DNA of 57,822 nucleotides, taken from Vitrella brassicaformis CCMP3155 (taxonomy: Eukaryota; Protista; Chromerida). Position numbers and translations under genes: made by a program. Position 1 is the first letter of the stretch, and each line of letters opens with the position of its first letter. The DNA lies in the NCBI GenBank assembly GCA_001179505.1, contig CDMY01000524.1:1-57822 (forward strand), given 5' to 3'. A model generated the notes under the pieces. That model saw only the letters and a list, made by a program, of their open reading frames with translations. It was not told the origin of the DNA and ran no database searches. Shown here one piece after another: positions 37,666 to 51,953 of the stretch.

Positions 37666-39814
37666 ATGTCGACTGATGCCGAGGATGGACTTCAGGTGAT
37701 TGCAACTGAATCTCTCGTGCTGGGTGCGGTCCTGTTCTGCACGAGCTCGTCGCTTTTGCTTTTACCAGACATCTGGGTCAGCCAGCAGCAGCAGTGAGGC
37801 GGCACAGCTTCGGGCGGAAAGAGAAAGATGCCTCATCACACAAATCACGGACACGGTAATGCAGTCGGAGAACGCAGAAAAGCCGCTGGGTCAAAGATAT
37901 GGTTTCTGCGTTTGTCTGTGTTTCCAGCCCGGCCTTCTCGGCTGCATTATGGCCTTCCTTCCCCTCCGTTTGCTGGTGCACATCTCTCATACGTGGGAGC
38001 ATGTGGCCCCCTCCCACACGCATCTCACAATCAGTGCGGCGGACAAAGCGGAGAGGTCGTTTTGGCAGCGTGTGCCGATAGATCTCGTCAGCCAGTGGGC
38101 CAGATGCCTCACTCAGCTCACGTCGATCGTCCTGCGTCAGCCCGTCGATGTCTGCCGCTGGTGCTTTGACGTATTCCTCGCCTTTGTCGAGGGCCACGTT
38201 GAGGGCCGACAAGCAGCCAACTTGCAGGGGGGCGCCCTGCAGACCGTCACCATCGACGCGATCCAGTTGACACAGAGGGATATGCGGACCGTCACGCGAA
38301 CAGCTCCCGCTATTTACACCCGCCCAAGCATCAGCCTCCCCAGCCTCACAGCTGTCAGCGGCCTCGCCGACTACCACTTCGAGCTTTGGCATCCTGTGTG
38401 GGACATGCCTTCGTTGGAGCACGTAGAGTTTCAGGACGGCCACTCATGGAGCGGCCTTGCGCTGGCCGGGTTCATCAGCTCGTCCCGCTCTCTGCGGTGC
38501 GTCACAGTGTGGCTATCAGCTCTTGGGTGGTCGGAAGTTTTCCGCGACTTGCCTACGGCAGCTGCAGGGCAGCCAGGGCCACTCAGACGCCTGGAGAGCA
38601 TCCGAGGGATCATGGTCGGTCACAGCCATCATGACGGACAATACCTCGACGAACTTAAGGTGAGCACAGAAAGTAACACTATATTGTTGTGCCTCAAATG
38701 TTGTGCCTTCCAGGCATCCCTCTTGTCGCGGGGCTGCTTGTTGTCCCTCGCGCACTTGGATGTGAGACTCAAAGAGGGTCTTGTCGTCGACTCGACCACC
38801 TTATCTATCATCCACAGCCTTGACACCCTCATTACCACCTGCTGCGTGTCACCGGACGCCGTCACTGTCACCCTTCCGTCGTCCGTGACGAGTGTCGACC
38901 TCACCTTCTTCTACTGCCCCCTGCTCTCTGCCGGGCCCCTGTCGCCCTTCGTCAAGTCGACCCTCACGCAACTCGCCAGCCGTGCGACGGAGGTCGACTG
39001 GGTCATCACTGAGGACAATATCGGCGACGATTTCAGCTCCCCCAGCGAGGCCGCCAAGGCGCTTGCGGCCGACTTGCCATTGGTGGCCAAGGCCACATCT
39101 GTCCGAGTGAGGGTTGGCGGCACAGACGAGCTGGCTGTCGATGCCGAGCCGATCGATCCGCCAGCGATTCTTCAGCACCTGAAGCCCGACGCGTTTCCTC
39201 AGGCGAGGCAGCTGACGGTTGACTCTCGTCTCGGCTGCCGCGTTGGTGGTGTCTTGGGCAGCAAAATGCCAGTGAGGAGCGTTTCGGTGGGGGATGCTGA
39301 CGGCATGTTTGTCGATGAGGGAGAGGTGTGCGAGATGCTGCAATCGATGGGGGCGGAGAAACAGCTGGCCGAAGTGCGGGTGGAGGCCATCTTTGCCTCT
39401 AGTGCCGAGGGGCTCAGCTGGGGGGAGCGGGCTGGCGACATGCCACTCATCGAGAACCTCGTCATCGACAACGCAAAACGTGAGCAGCTCTGCAGTTGAC
39501 TGCACAGACAGGCCAGGCGCGTCCATTGTCGTCTCTCTTTGTTTCTTTCTTTCTCTGTACGAACAGTGCCAAACGACACTGATGAGATCGGTGAGTATGT
39601 GTATACATCCATCGAGTCATCCCTCCAGCTCCGAGGCGTCAAGAGGCTGCGTGTGGGTCTGTCGGACATGAGCAGTGAGGACCGAGCGGCAGTAGAGGAG
39701 GTTCTGACCGAGCGGCAGTGCACCGACGGCGTAGTTGACGGCTATCGACTCAACTGGTGGCGGAGGACGGGCGAGGCGGAAGGAGGTCTGATTGTTGCTG
39801 CTGAGCGCGACTGA
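37666..39814 (+). CDS. Family-2 lineage-specific protein, copy 2
   Basis: 599-aa ORF 37700-39499 with internal introns; AERSFWQRVPIDLVSQWARCLTQL..WCFDVFLAFVEGHVEGR; last exon ends at 39814. Confidence 0.72.
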
Positions 39815-40281
39815 CGAGTGTGTTCTGTCTGTGTGAGGAACATTGACCCGTCCGCCCCTTTACTGCTGGTGGTTGGTCTTCATGCCCTCTTCTGCGCAGT
39901 GCACGCTCTCTCATGGTGACTCTATCGATTCTTTATCTATCGTGATTGCGTCCTTCATGTCGGCAAGGCGTCCCAACGCTCACCCCAGCCAACCAATGCA
40001 GAGACAGACAGACAGACAGACAGGCAGGCACGCAGACAGGCTGAATGAACGAAAATGTACTTCCACACTAAGCCACTGGAACCACACACGAGTCACCACC
40101 CATCGTGACGTATGTTTGTTCGTGAATCTAAGGAAGGCTCTATGCACATCTCGTAGACTATCGATCCGCCCGCCACATCCAACCTCGCTGGCTGCCTCTG
40201 TCCACACCCTGCACACCACCCAAGCGCATAGTCAAACACACAACAATCACCCAACTTTCTGCGCCGTAGGCTGCCTGCCTG

Positions 40282-42976
40282 CTATGCGTTCGATCGTCTC
40301 TTAATGGTCAGGCTGGGGCCCTCGAAGGTTACAGCGAATGGGCCGTTGGTAAAGCCCACGAGCGCGTGCTGCTCATGGAAGAGATCCTGCAGGTCGGCGC
40401 TGAGGTCTCCATCGTTAATGACGAAAGTGGTCGTGTCATGGCCAGGCACCCTCGTCAGGGATAAGGCCATCTGCATCATCCGACCATGGAACTGGCCGAG
40501 AGTGAGCTCATCTGGCAATCCAACTGCACCCAGGGCACACACAAATTGTGTACACATGTAAGGGGTATGGCCTGCCTCTCGCCATCAATTTCAACGGTTG
40601 TGTGCGACATCCTCGGCATTATCGGCCACATGTTGCCCCACAGCCGGCCAAACGCGCCACGGTCGACGAAGTCCTCACTGGACGTCCTGACATGAACATC
40701 CAATTCTCTCTGTTCCCCGCGCTGACGCCACGTCTGATGCCATATCCCACGCAGAAAATCAAAGGCCACGAGTGGCGGTACGGCCCCATCGGAGCCCACC
40801 GTGACCTCAGCAAGGCGGCTCATCTTCTCGGCCACCTGAAGGGCCTTAGTGCGATGCTCGAGTGGCAAGATGCTGTCGGCCTCCAGCTCGATCTTGGTCG
40901 CGTAGGGCAAGGTGCCGTCGGGAATGTCGATGGTCTGGTCGTCCGCCACGGTGGCCAAGCTGACCACCACGATGACGGCTTTCTCGGCGAGGTCCTTGAC
41001 TATCTTCCTGACGGTAGGGGATGGATGCTCGTTGCTCCACTGCAGCAGATGCGGATCGAAGGTCGCTCCGTCCACAACCCTTGTGTAGTGCACGGGAGAC
41101 TCAATGAGGGCCTCTGGGTCAAGCACGGCATCCCTGTGACCGACAAGCAAACAAGGGAACAATACAATAAGAGCGACCCTCCTCTCCGTCCCTGGCCTTC
41201 ACATGTCTTTTGTGCTCACATGAGACGGGCCGTCTTGACAGTCAGGTCCTTCGCCTCACCGGTAGCCGGCATTTTGGGCATCCTGATCGGCATGCTGGTC
41301 AGCTGTCGCCTGCACCCCCTTTGCACCAGGCCCTCGCGCAGGGCGTCAACCTCCGCGTCTCCCACCGGCGTGGCGTTGTGATCCATCGTCATGTACACGC
41401 CGCTAATCGACCGCAGCCGTCCGAGTGACTGCGGCAGGGCCTGTAGCAGGGCCGACGGGCGGTCAGCCAGGTCCACCTTCTCGAGCTTCTCGCTCTCACA
41501 CCATTCCTTGGCGGCTTGTTCGGTCGGGAAGAAGTCCCTATCGAATGTCACCCGCACGACATTCGGCGTCTCCCACCCCCGACCGACACGGACGTCGGCG
41601 TACTCTGGCGGCAGAATGGTGACCGTCATGAGGGCTGGGAGGGCGACCGCCGGTGGGGATGGGGATGGACGAGGCAGGGGGTCTGGCGAGACCTCATCCA
41701 ATGGGAAGAAGAGAGGTCTATCCAGCTCCACGCCTTCGAAGCCCAGCACCTCGAGTGTGCCCTCATCCTCGCCCCCCTGGCCCTGCCTGGCCCTCCTGTC
41801 CGCCAGCGCCCGCCTGCCCTCGGCGTGGCCCTTTAGCAGTCCGACCCACGCGCCACGACACCACTCGGGCGCAGACTCGGGATAGATGACCACCAACTCG
41901 CGAAGATTGGTCATGCGCTGTCCCCACTTGTGTGCGGTGGCGAGGGGAATCTTGCCCCACAGATGTCGCTCCCTCTCGTCTGTGCAGCTGATGGTGACGC
42001 GTCTGTGCTGGGCGGCCGACTGGTGGAAGATGGATGTGCCGATGGCGGGCCGCAGCTGGGTGAGCTGCCACGGCTGGTAGTGGCCGATCACGGCGGCCAG
42101 GCACTCGCGAGACACACGATGCCGCGCCTGAAGAGTTCAAGAATGTCAGATGCTGACATTGGAATGTCGTGTGCCTCACTCACCGGCGAGTGTTCGATGG
42201 GTGGCCCCTGCCCACTTCGATGTGTGATACGAAACGAAGGACGACCCACGTCGTCGCCATCCTGCACACAAACAGACAAGGACAGAGAAGCCGTCAACAC
42301 GGCTCCTCGGACTTAAGTGTGCAAGCACGCTGACGCTTGCTTGTACCTCGGCTGACGAATCATTCGAATCATCTCGTTCGTCAGCAGAAAGCTCCACACT
42401 CATGCCATCGGATGACTCGGCAGCATGCGGTGACGATATGGGCGGCTGGAGGGCATCGAGGGCATCCGTGAGGGCGGTGTGTGAGGCTGTGACGTCGGTG
42501 GTGGCTCGAGCGATGAGTGCTGGGACGAGGGTCAGCTGCTGCCGAAGGTGCAGGGCTCCGTCGGACAAGGCCTGACACACATGCACACAGCACAGGAAGA
42601 CAGCAAATACACTGACACGAGACCGCCACACCCAGCCGCCCGCCCACCCATCCAACTACTGTACGTACGTACCTGTGTGGCGAGGGTGAGTGCGTCAAGC
42701 TGCTCTACACGATCCAACTGCGCCACCAGCTGCAATTAATGCAGAAACATACCCGCGCACACACACAGGAAAGTATTCCGTGTTCTGTGTTGACGGCGGG
42801 TGCAGAGCACCTGTGGCAGCAGCTGGTTTTTGAGCCGCAGGATCTCGTCCTTAGCAGACGCCGCGTCCCTCTTAGCCTGCAGACGGCGCACGCGCGGAAA
42901 GGAACACGAGGACAGCCCTCACCCTGCCATTGCCAGCAACGATAACCACTGCCTCACTCACTTGGTTGAAATCCAT
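40282..42976 (-). CDS. Family-2 lineage-specific protein, copy 3, with an N-terminal coiled-coil-like extension
   Basis: Exons MDFNQ|AKRDAASAKDEILRLKNQLLPQ|..|SFRITHRSGQGPP|..ERHLWGKIPLATAHKWGQRMTNL..WCRGAWVGLLKGHAEGR; last exon ends TIKRRSNA*. Confidence 0.7.
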
Positions 42977-43448
42977 GACTCGTTCTTGGGCTACTCCAAC
43001 AGCAGGCGCTTAGGTCACACTTGAACTATCGGCGGACGCAGCCCACGACCCCCGAGCTGCACGCCCCACCGGCCATTCTGATCAAATCGGAAACACCCTG
43101 ATAGGAAGCACAACAGTGGGCGTGGCGTGAGATCTGTGCAAGTTGTGTACTCTCGGCTCCTTGGCGCTGACCGTCTACTCTGCTCCGAAACGCGGAAAGG
43201 AAAAGCGACCGACGCGATCGCCAGCCGTTTGGCGCCCAACCGCCGAATTGCGCGGCGATGCGGCAGGTTCTGTTTGATGTTCTGTCAGCGTGCTGTGTCG
43301 TCGTCATACACAGGGTGAAGTGTTTGTGTCTGTAGTTTTGGCGCTGCGGTCCGCTCCGGACCGGCGCACTCCCTACAAGTACTGCAGGGCGGTCACTGGA
43401 TCTTGCTCTCCTGCAAGAGGCTGCCCTTTGTGAGGTTTGCGTATCGCA

Positions 43449-46400
43449 ATGGAGGGGCGGTGGGTGGCGGCCGTGCTGCTGCTGCTGCTGGGCGTCTTTG
43501 CTGGCGGCGCTCTGCCTGAACGTTCTCGAGGAGTGGGGGTGATGCAGACGAGCCCCGCCAACTGGTGGCAGCTAGACACTAATGTGACGGTGAGTGGGAC
43601 AGCACGAGGCGGATGCGTACGCGCGTACAAGAAGTGCTGGAGTGCTTGTGTGTGTTGGCGTGTCACTCTCACAATCACCCACACAGGTCGATTTTAGCAA
43701 CCCTCGTGGATGGGACAAGATTGGTGTGCCATTCAAGGCGGGGAACGAGGCAGAGGGGGCTGCCACCGGTCAGCCAGCCGACGAACTCACTCACTCACCG
43801 CGCCTGCGACCCTTTCCCTCTGCTCTGTCCACTCACTCACTGTTCAGGTTGCCATTTGACCAACAGCAAGGAGTCGTGGCCGATGAGCAGGTGCTGGGAG
43901 CGGCGGGGCGAGTACTACCCCATGACGGTCAGGCTGACCGTGCTGGCCACCCCTCTGGGCCACAACCATCGGGGGCTGGACATCCAGGAGTTCGCCGAGG
44001 ACGGAGTGCTGCCAGACAACCAGACGATTCTCATCATGGACGACACCGTCACCATGACGGAAGAATATGAATCCAGCGGTGAGTAGAATCATGTGGGTGC
44101 TTATTGACGACGTCGATCTGCGTGTGTCGATCGCTCGATGGATTGATGGATGTGTCAGGTTCGTTCTTTGAGTTCGTGGAGCTTGAGCAGTATGGCAGCA
44201 ACGCCACGCGAGGCCATGTGACGCTGCCGAAGACCTGGCCCGACAACTTCATGTCGCCACTCGACTACTTCCACGGACTGTGGCACTTCAGATTCGAAAT
44301 ACTCGGTCAGTGGAGCCCAGAGCACTCCTTCAGCACTCGCATGAATGTGCGTTTGTGTGCCCCTCTGTTGTGTCTCTCAGAGCAGCCGTCCATGGCCCCC
44401 ACCAAGCTCCAGTTCTGCATCTGGGACCTCGTGCCACACGAAGCCGAGACATGCACCCGACACGTCACCATCGACGGACCGCAGAACGTCTCATACGGAT
44501 ACGAGCCCGGCACTGCCAAGACCATCCATGACGGCAAGAACGAGACGATCGTGAGAAGGACCCAGGGCAAGCCGGTCAAGGCCCAGAACCGCGTGGTTGC
44601 GGAGAACAGCGTTGTGACCGAGAACAGAATCCAGGCCGAGAACAGTATCGTTGCCGAGAACAACAATGCGCAGCCTGAGGCTGAGGTGCAAGAAGGGGAC
44701 GACAACGCCGCGGCGATGGCCATCGGCGCCGACAGGGGGGTTTTCCAGAACCTCGACGGCGGCTTGAGCCCCTTCGCGGCGGACGCCGAGATGGAGGGGG
44801 AGATCCAGACACTGATCGAGGGCATGACATTGGAGGAGAAGATCGGTCAGATGATCATGCTGCACCACGGCCCCGGTGCACAGGGACCGCCGGGCAGCGT
44901 GGGCGAGAACTACCTGACATTTGAGATGCTGCGCGACTTCAACATTGGGCTGCTCAAGAACCGCGTCAAGAGCAACGACCCACGTGACTGGGTCGACAGA
45001 GCTGAGGCGCTGCAGGGACGATTCTGGGACACAAGTGAGTCGGCCTGCCCTCATCCATCCGTGCATCCAACGGCATCTGCGCATTGTGTGTTGCACGTCA
45101 GATACGTCTGTGAGCTTCAAGGGCATTCCGGCGTTGTGGTTTGTGGAGGCGTCCCACGGGTTCAGTGCGAGTGCCTGGGGCACCATCATGCCTCACAACA
45201 TCGGCCTGGGATGCGCAAATGACCTAGGACTCATGGAGAGAATCGGTGAGTGGTTGACTAGTGGTGCACACATACATCGGTCACCTTGTTCCCGTCTCCC
45301 TTTCTGTGAGCAGGCAACGTGACGGCTCGTGAGGTGTCAGCGACTGGTTTGGATGCGACGGTTTCGGTGTCTGTGACGGTGCCGCGGAACAACCGGTGGG
45401 GCCGGGTGTACGAGGGCTTCAGCCAAGACCCGCAGACCACTGCAGAACTTGCACACTACCTCATTAAAGGCCTGCAGGTAGATCGATAGATGCACAGCTT
45501 CCCACACACTATGTGGATATCACCAACGTGTCTTTTTGTGTTAAGGGGGAGCCTGGGGAGACAGATGGCCCTTTGCAGTTCCTGGGCCCTGGCAAGGTGG
45601 TGGCATCGGCCAAGCATTTCATTGGTGACGGCGCGACCGAGTTCGGCATAGATGGGGGCGACACAGTGCTGGAGCAAGAAGAGCTGATTGCACACCAGGG
45701 TGCGACTGCAGCCACACACACCCACCGCACCGCACTGTTCGACGGATGTGTGTGTGTGTGTGTGTCAGGTTTGCCGTACAAGGCAGCGATTCAGGCTGGT
45801 GTGCAGGTGATGCTGGTGACCAAGGGCATGGTCAACGGGGAGTACGTCCACGGCTCCCATGCTCTGCTGACCGACCTGCTCAAGGACCAGTGGGGCTTCG
45901 ACGGCTTCCTCTACTCGGACAGATTCGGATACACCAACCTCAACGGATGCGCCGTCGACAACTGCCCCACCGCAATCAATGCCGGCATCGACGCCTTCAT
46001 GATCCCATTCTGGTGGAACGGCGTGGCCATGATCACAAACACCGCCACGCAGGTGCGCGACGGCGTCATTAGCGAAGACCGCATCGACGACGCCGTGAGG
46101 CGGATCCTACGCGTCAAGTGGCGCAACAGGATGCTGCGCCAGCAGCCAAACCGCAGACAACCGCCATCTGCCCGCAGCGGCGTGGGCAAGGCGCGGGAGA
46201 CCCCAGGCGGCGTGGGCAGCCTCGAGCACCGGTACGTTGCGCAGGAGGCCGTGCGCAAGTCGATGATCTTGCTCAAGAACAAGAACAGCGTGCTGCCGAT
46301 GAGGAAGAAGTCCAAGGTGCTGGTGACGGGCAACGGTGCGGACAGCATGGTGCGGCAGTGCGGCAGCTGGACGGTGACGTGGCAGGGGCACGTTGAGGAG

Positions 46401-48738
46401 CATCAGGGGCTGCAGGGTCATGACACACGGAGCATCACTGGATCGGACGACTACCCCCCCACCTTCACGGACGACCTGCTACCCAATCAGTGGTTCCAAG
46501 CCAACGGCGCCACGACCATCAAAGAAGGACTCACATATATGTCTTCCCCTGACAACGGTCAGCCCCACACCTCACACACACAGACAGAGATGCGCATGCC
46601 CCCTTCTCCCCATCTGTCTGCATTGAATTGCATTTCAGGCACGATTGTCTTCAGCCGCAATGCCAGCGCCATCGACGATTCGTTTGACTACGCTGTGGTC
46701 GTTCTGGGCGAGGAGCCTTTCGCCGAGTGGACGGGCGACGTCCACTGGCCAAAACCGCTCTCATACGAGTTCACTGACGAGGGTACGTAAGGAAAGAACG
46801 CACCGAACAAACCGCAGAGACAGAGACAGTCGTCTGCGACGTCTGCGTGTGTCTATCTGGGGACAGGGAAAGTCAACGTGGCGCTGCTGAACACAATCAA
46901 GGAGCAGGCGACCAAGGTGCCGCTCATAGTGGTGCTGCTGACCGGCCGGCCGCAGTACGTCAACCCCCAGATCAACACGGCAGATGCATTCGTCGTCGCA
47001 TGGCTGCCTGGTGACCCAGTCGAGCCGAACCCATCCACTCACGCACCTCACCTGTCTGTCCACGTGTCTGCATGTCTGTCTGTGTCCTGCAGGTTCGGAG
47101 GGAGTGGGTGTGGCGCAGGTGCTGTACGGCGATTACGACTTCCATGGTCGCTTGTCTTTTGGGTGGCCGCTCCACGGCTGCCTGGACGGTGAGCCGGCCA
47201 AGTTCGAGACGCCCTACCCCTTGGGTTACCGGCACACCTACGCCGACGGGCCGCTGGACGTCATGCTGCGCGAGTGCAGTGTCGAAGAGTGCAGCGATAT
47301 CGAGGACGGATGCATTGACTTCAGAATGATCAAAGGTAGGCACAGGAACGCTCTGTTTATGCCAACAGACATGGGATGGGTTCGATCCGTCTCTGTGTGT
47401 TTTGTCCGTGTATGTGTTTAGACGATTCTGTGACCGACAACACCAACAGTACGATCAAGCCCGGCAACAGCACCACCAGAGAGAGCCGCGAGTCGCCCAC
47501 CCTCACCACCATCACCAACGAGACCGGCCTTCTGGGGCCAAACGACACACTCGTCGACCTCATTAAGCGGGAAGCTGACGATCAGGGGAGCTCCAGTGAG
47601 CGTCAGGAGGGGGACGGCACCGTCGAGGCGCAGTCCTACTTGCGGATTGGCGACTGGATGTCTGACGACAAGGTGCTCACCCTCAGAATCGAAAACTGGA
47701 ACCTGGCCATGTTCGACGCACCGGTAGGCTGGGAGGGAGGGGGAGAGTTGTTCAAGGGGAGAGACATTCGTCCCTGTCTGGGTGTGGTGTTTGTCTGTGT
47801 GCAGGAGGGGAGGGATAGGGTCACGGCGCTGTTGGCTGAGCTGACGGGATCCTCTTACGATGCCATCCAGATCCTCCACGCACAGGAGGGGTCGCTCATA
47901 CTCATATTCCGGTCGGTACCAAACGCAGAGAGACGCATACACGGATAATAAGTACATCCTTACTTCTTCTTTTTTTCTTTGCCTTTGCCTTAGGGTGTTG
48001 AACGAGACGGTGGATGCGGTGTTCCGGTCCGAGTATCTGGACAGGGTGCAGCAGTACGCCGCCTTCAAAGACCAGGACGTCGCACTCGACCCCTTCTTCA
48101 GCACCTCCATGCCCATGAGCGACGTCCCAAAGCGATTCCGCGTCACGGACCCCGACCCACAGCACCTTGTCAAACTGCCCGACAAGGATCGTAGCACCAC
48201 CATCAGCAACGAGACCGAAGATGCCAACGACACGACGGCTGTTGGTGGTGGAGGAGGCGGGGGAGGTGGGGGCGGTCTTGTGAGTGAGAGCGAAGATGAG
48301 AGTGAGAGTGTGCAAGAGAGGCAGCCGCCCACAGAAGAAGCAGCCCCCGCCATCAAGACAGACGGCGCGCAGCAAGCCGAGCCCCCCAGCAACAGCAACA
48401 GCAACAGCCAGAGAGGAAGTGGAAGCAGCAGCAGGAGCAGTGACAGCCAGGTGCTGGTGGAGCGGGACTCCAAAAAGCCCGGCGACGAGACCTACACCCT
48501 TTTGGTGGCCTTGCTCTCCACCGGGCTGGTGCTGTTTGTGGGTGTGGGGATCGCCATGGCCTTCATGTGGGGCCGCTATCGGTCGGCCATCGAGAAGTAC
48601 GTGGCGGGGGCGGAGACGCGGGATGGGTGCCGCACACAGCCCACCACACCTGACATGATCAACGACATACACAGGGGGGGCGGGGGCGGAGAGGGCGGCA
48701 AGGTGGGGGGCAAGAGCAGGACAGTCTCGTTTCGGTGA
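43449..48738 (+). CDS. Glycoside hydrolase family 3 beta-glucosidase/exo-glucanase-like, signal peptide plus C-terminal TM anchor
   Basis: MTLEEKIGQM, PHNIGLG, NRWGRVYEGFSQDP, SAKHFIGDG, WGFDGFLYSD, RIDDAVRRILRVK, AVRKSMILLKN, GEEPFAEWTGD, VVLLTGRP, AWLPG|SEG; N-terminal signal peptide; TM YTLLVALLSTGLVLFVGVGIAMAFMWG. Confidence 0.93.
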
Positions 48739-50680
48739 GTCCGTGGGTGAGTGTGTCCGTGTTGGAAGACTTCTTCACTTCACGTGTGTGGGTTTTGTCG
48801 ATGGATGGGTGGATGGATGGATGGATGCATTCGCGGGCAGACAGGTCAGGTAGCATTTGACCGGGCGAGAGAGAGACAGACAGACAGATTGTTTTCCATC
48901 AGTAGGGGAGTCTGACACGTGTGTTGAGGGAGGCACTGGTGGGGTTTGTGGGAGCGATGGATGCGTCTGTCGATAGCTAGATGTTGGGCTTATCTCTTTT
49001 GGCCTGCCTGCCTGCCTGCCTGTGTCTCTGTGTGTTTATGTTGTTGTTTTGGTGTTGGTGTGCGTAGGTACATGTGCCTGCCTTCTCAGCTGCACAGATG
49101 GTGCGTGAATTGGTCAATTGGTCTCCCTCGTGGGGTGCTCGTGTGTGTGTGTGTGTGGCCTTATTTAACGATCGGGGTGGGGATGGGGTTGAAGGGGTGC
49201 ACACGCGTGTTTGTTATCAGTCTGCCTTTGTTTTATGCGCACGTTCCTGCGTGCCTGCTGCCTACCGACCTGCGCGTGTGGAAGAGAGCAACAGCAGAAA
49301 GAAGAACGAAATGAAACCAATTCCCTCCTCTCCTTTCTCTTCCCCTCGTTCCTTCCGGAGTGGCCTGCATTTGTCCATCCATCCATTGGTGTAGGTAGAT
49401 ACAGCGAGGTGCGCTCTCGACGCCACAGAGAGACAACGGATGATCGGTAAGAGCTAGATGTCGATAGAATAGATGCCGCCTGTCAATATTGAACACACAA
49501 TGCACCACGCACAGACAGATAGAGAGGGGGAGGGGGGAAGGGAAGGTCCCATCGCATGCTCTTTGGTCACATACGCACACGCGTACACACACTGGTCAGC
49601 GTGCGGTGTTTGGTTTATTTTTGTTATCACTGGTGGCTGGATGCATGGCTTGCTGGGCGGGCACAGGTGAGGTGTGCGTACGATCGCTGGGTGGGCCTGC
49701 ATCGTCATTGATTACCAGGCAGGCAGACCACGGGTGATGTGTCTCGGGTGTGTTGGGAGGGTGCGGACGTTGTGGCGTCTGTGGGGTGGTGGGTGAATTA
49801 AGTAAGGAGAGCGGCAGCCAAGTGATACGTATGTGGTGTGTGCATCCAATTGATATCTATGCGTCCCGTCCTGTGCCTGCCGTGATTTTCATCATCGATT
49901 TAGACATATTGCCATCTCTGATCCGTCGGTCTGTGTGTGTGTGTGAGTATCGAAACAGGGGTACGTCTCTGTCTCCGTCCCACCTGCCCACCTGCCCACC
50001 TCACCCGCCTTGTCTGGCTTAGTACATGTGTCTGTACATCAAAGGGCTCTACGTACGTGTACAGGGACGGAACAGGAAGGGGAACAAAAAGGGGAAAAGG
50101 GCAAAAGGGGCGGGCGGACCAATAGCGCCACATGGGCTGACTTCCTTTGCGTTGCGTGCCTGTCTGTATGTCTGTATGCGTGTGTGTCTGTGGCCCTCCG
50201 AACCAAGAAGACAGCGCTCGATAGGGCCAATTTTACCTAACCTCTGTCGCTAGCTAGCTACGTGGATATGTATGTCTTGAATGCGATTGCGCGATGCGAC
50301 TAGTGTTTGGATCCGTACCAACCATTCCATCCATTCATTCAATGGACGTCAATGCACGCGTGTTCTTCCCCACACCGCACGTCGTGCCTGCCTGCCTGTC
50401 TGTCTGTCTGCCCCCGCTCGATCGACTGTGTCTCGGGTAGCTCTGGCTGCCTTCCACTGAAACCAGCCAACACGTATGCGTATCGGCTTGTTGCAGCAGA
50501 AGCAGCTGTTCCAACCCAAGACATAGCGACATGAGCCCCGGCAGCCAGCTCCACTCCACTCACGGCAAAAACAGCCTTTCGAGTCTCATGTGACGTGTCA
50601 TACCCACATTGAGCCAGCTTCCATGCAGCGCAAAAAGGCGCCTCAGCTTGAGCCACAGCCATCTTCAGCTTCTGTCATCG

Positions 50681-51953
50681 CTATCTTTTGACCGTGAAGC
50701 AGTGCGGCATCTGCACACCACACACACACACACACAAAACTCCCTGTCTTCTCCAGAGTTCGTGTGCAGTGCATGGCTACTCACCGCGAAGAATTTGACG
50801 TGCGAGCCGATGACCCGCAGCCCCGCCGTCGACAACAGGATGATCACAGCTAGCAAACTGTAACCACACACACACACAGGTGCAATGTCACGTCGGTCGA
50901 AATCAGTCTCTGGCAGGGCAGGGCTGTGTGTGGTTTTGTTGGCCGGCCTGCCTGTTGAGAGTGAGGGCGAATCCCAGGAGGAAGAGGACCACATTGAGGG
51001 CGTTATATACAGCCAGGAAGTCAGCAAACCGCCAAAAGTACCCTACCACTACACACACACATACACACCCATCACTCATGAATTGGTCAAGCGTCACGTC
51101 CGCCCCTCTACACCTGTGCTTACACGGCAGCAGGTGCACGCCGAGCATGAAGGAGTACAGCGTCTGCACGGCCCATGACAACTGCCCTGGTGATGCTGCC
51201 GCACCGGTCGGCGGGTTGAACGGCACCAATGACCCACCTGCACCGCATCAACATGCGGACGCAGCCAACACACAGCATACACACACACACACACACTCTC
51301 GGTGCCTGTCTGCGTACATCTGTGTGGGTGTAAGTGTGTTTGATCTGACCGGCTAATGCGACGATGATGCCTATGGCCTGAATGGCGAGGCAGAGAAACC
51401 AGTAGAAAGCAAGACGCTCGAGGATCGGCTGGATTACAGCACCTGCAACCAAAGACCAACCAGCCGATCCACCAGCCGAGATACACGGCGTGTGTGTGCA
51501 GAGATGATAGGTAGGTGCCCACACGTACGTACGTTCTGTTTCGCTGGCGTAGACGACCACAGTGCCCTGCTGAAGCCGCTGCTGCCTCTCCTCCTCACCT
51601 GCCACAGGGGGCACACAGACAGACGTACACACATCAACAGCACACAGCAAACAACAACATGGATTTCTGCTTTCCCCGTTCCTCCCGCCTGCCTTCCTGC
51701 TCTGTATGCTCGTGTCTGTCTGCCTGTGTGTCTTGTCAGGCGCACTTTCTGTGGTGCCCGCTCGCACGGTGGAGAAGAGTCCCCTGAGGGAGGTGGGCGG
51801 GAATCCGATGGACATGTTGCCATCTGGGTATACGAGCTGGGACGGCAGCTTCTTGTCCCTGCGGATGGCCACGTGTGTGATGGCGTGCTGGTGGTACAGC
51901 AAAGGCATCCCATTCTCCAGATGCTCCAGACGCAGGATGGACTTGGACGTCAT
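50681..51953 (-). CDS. Hypothetical multi-pass membrane protein
   Basis: GT-AG exons encoding about four hydrophobic helices (LAFYWFLCLAIQAIGIIVALAG; AVQTLYSFMLGVHLLP; FLAVYNALNVVLFLLGFAL; LLAVIILLSTAGL), ending MPHCFTVKR*. No family recognised. Confidence 0.55.

Noticed and set aside
44570-44670. AENSVVTENRIQAENSIVAENN repeat in the GH3 gene as a separate element
   Set aside because: Short low-complexity linker duplication inside the CDS.
48750-50600. Cluster of short ORFs on both strands
   Set aside because: Microsatellite-rich spacer or UTR with no consistent splice pattern or protein-like composition.
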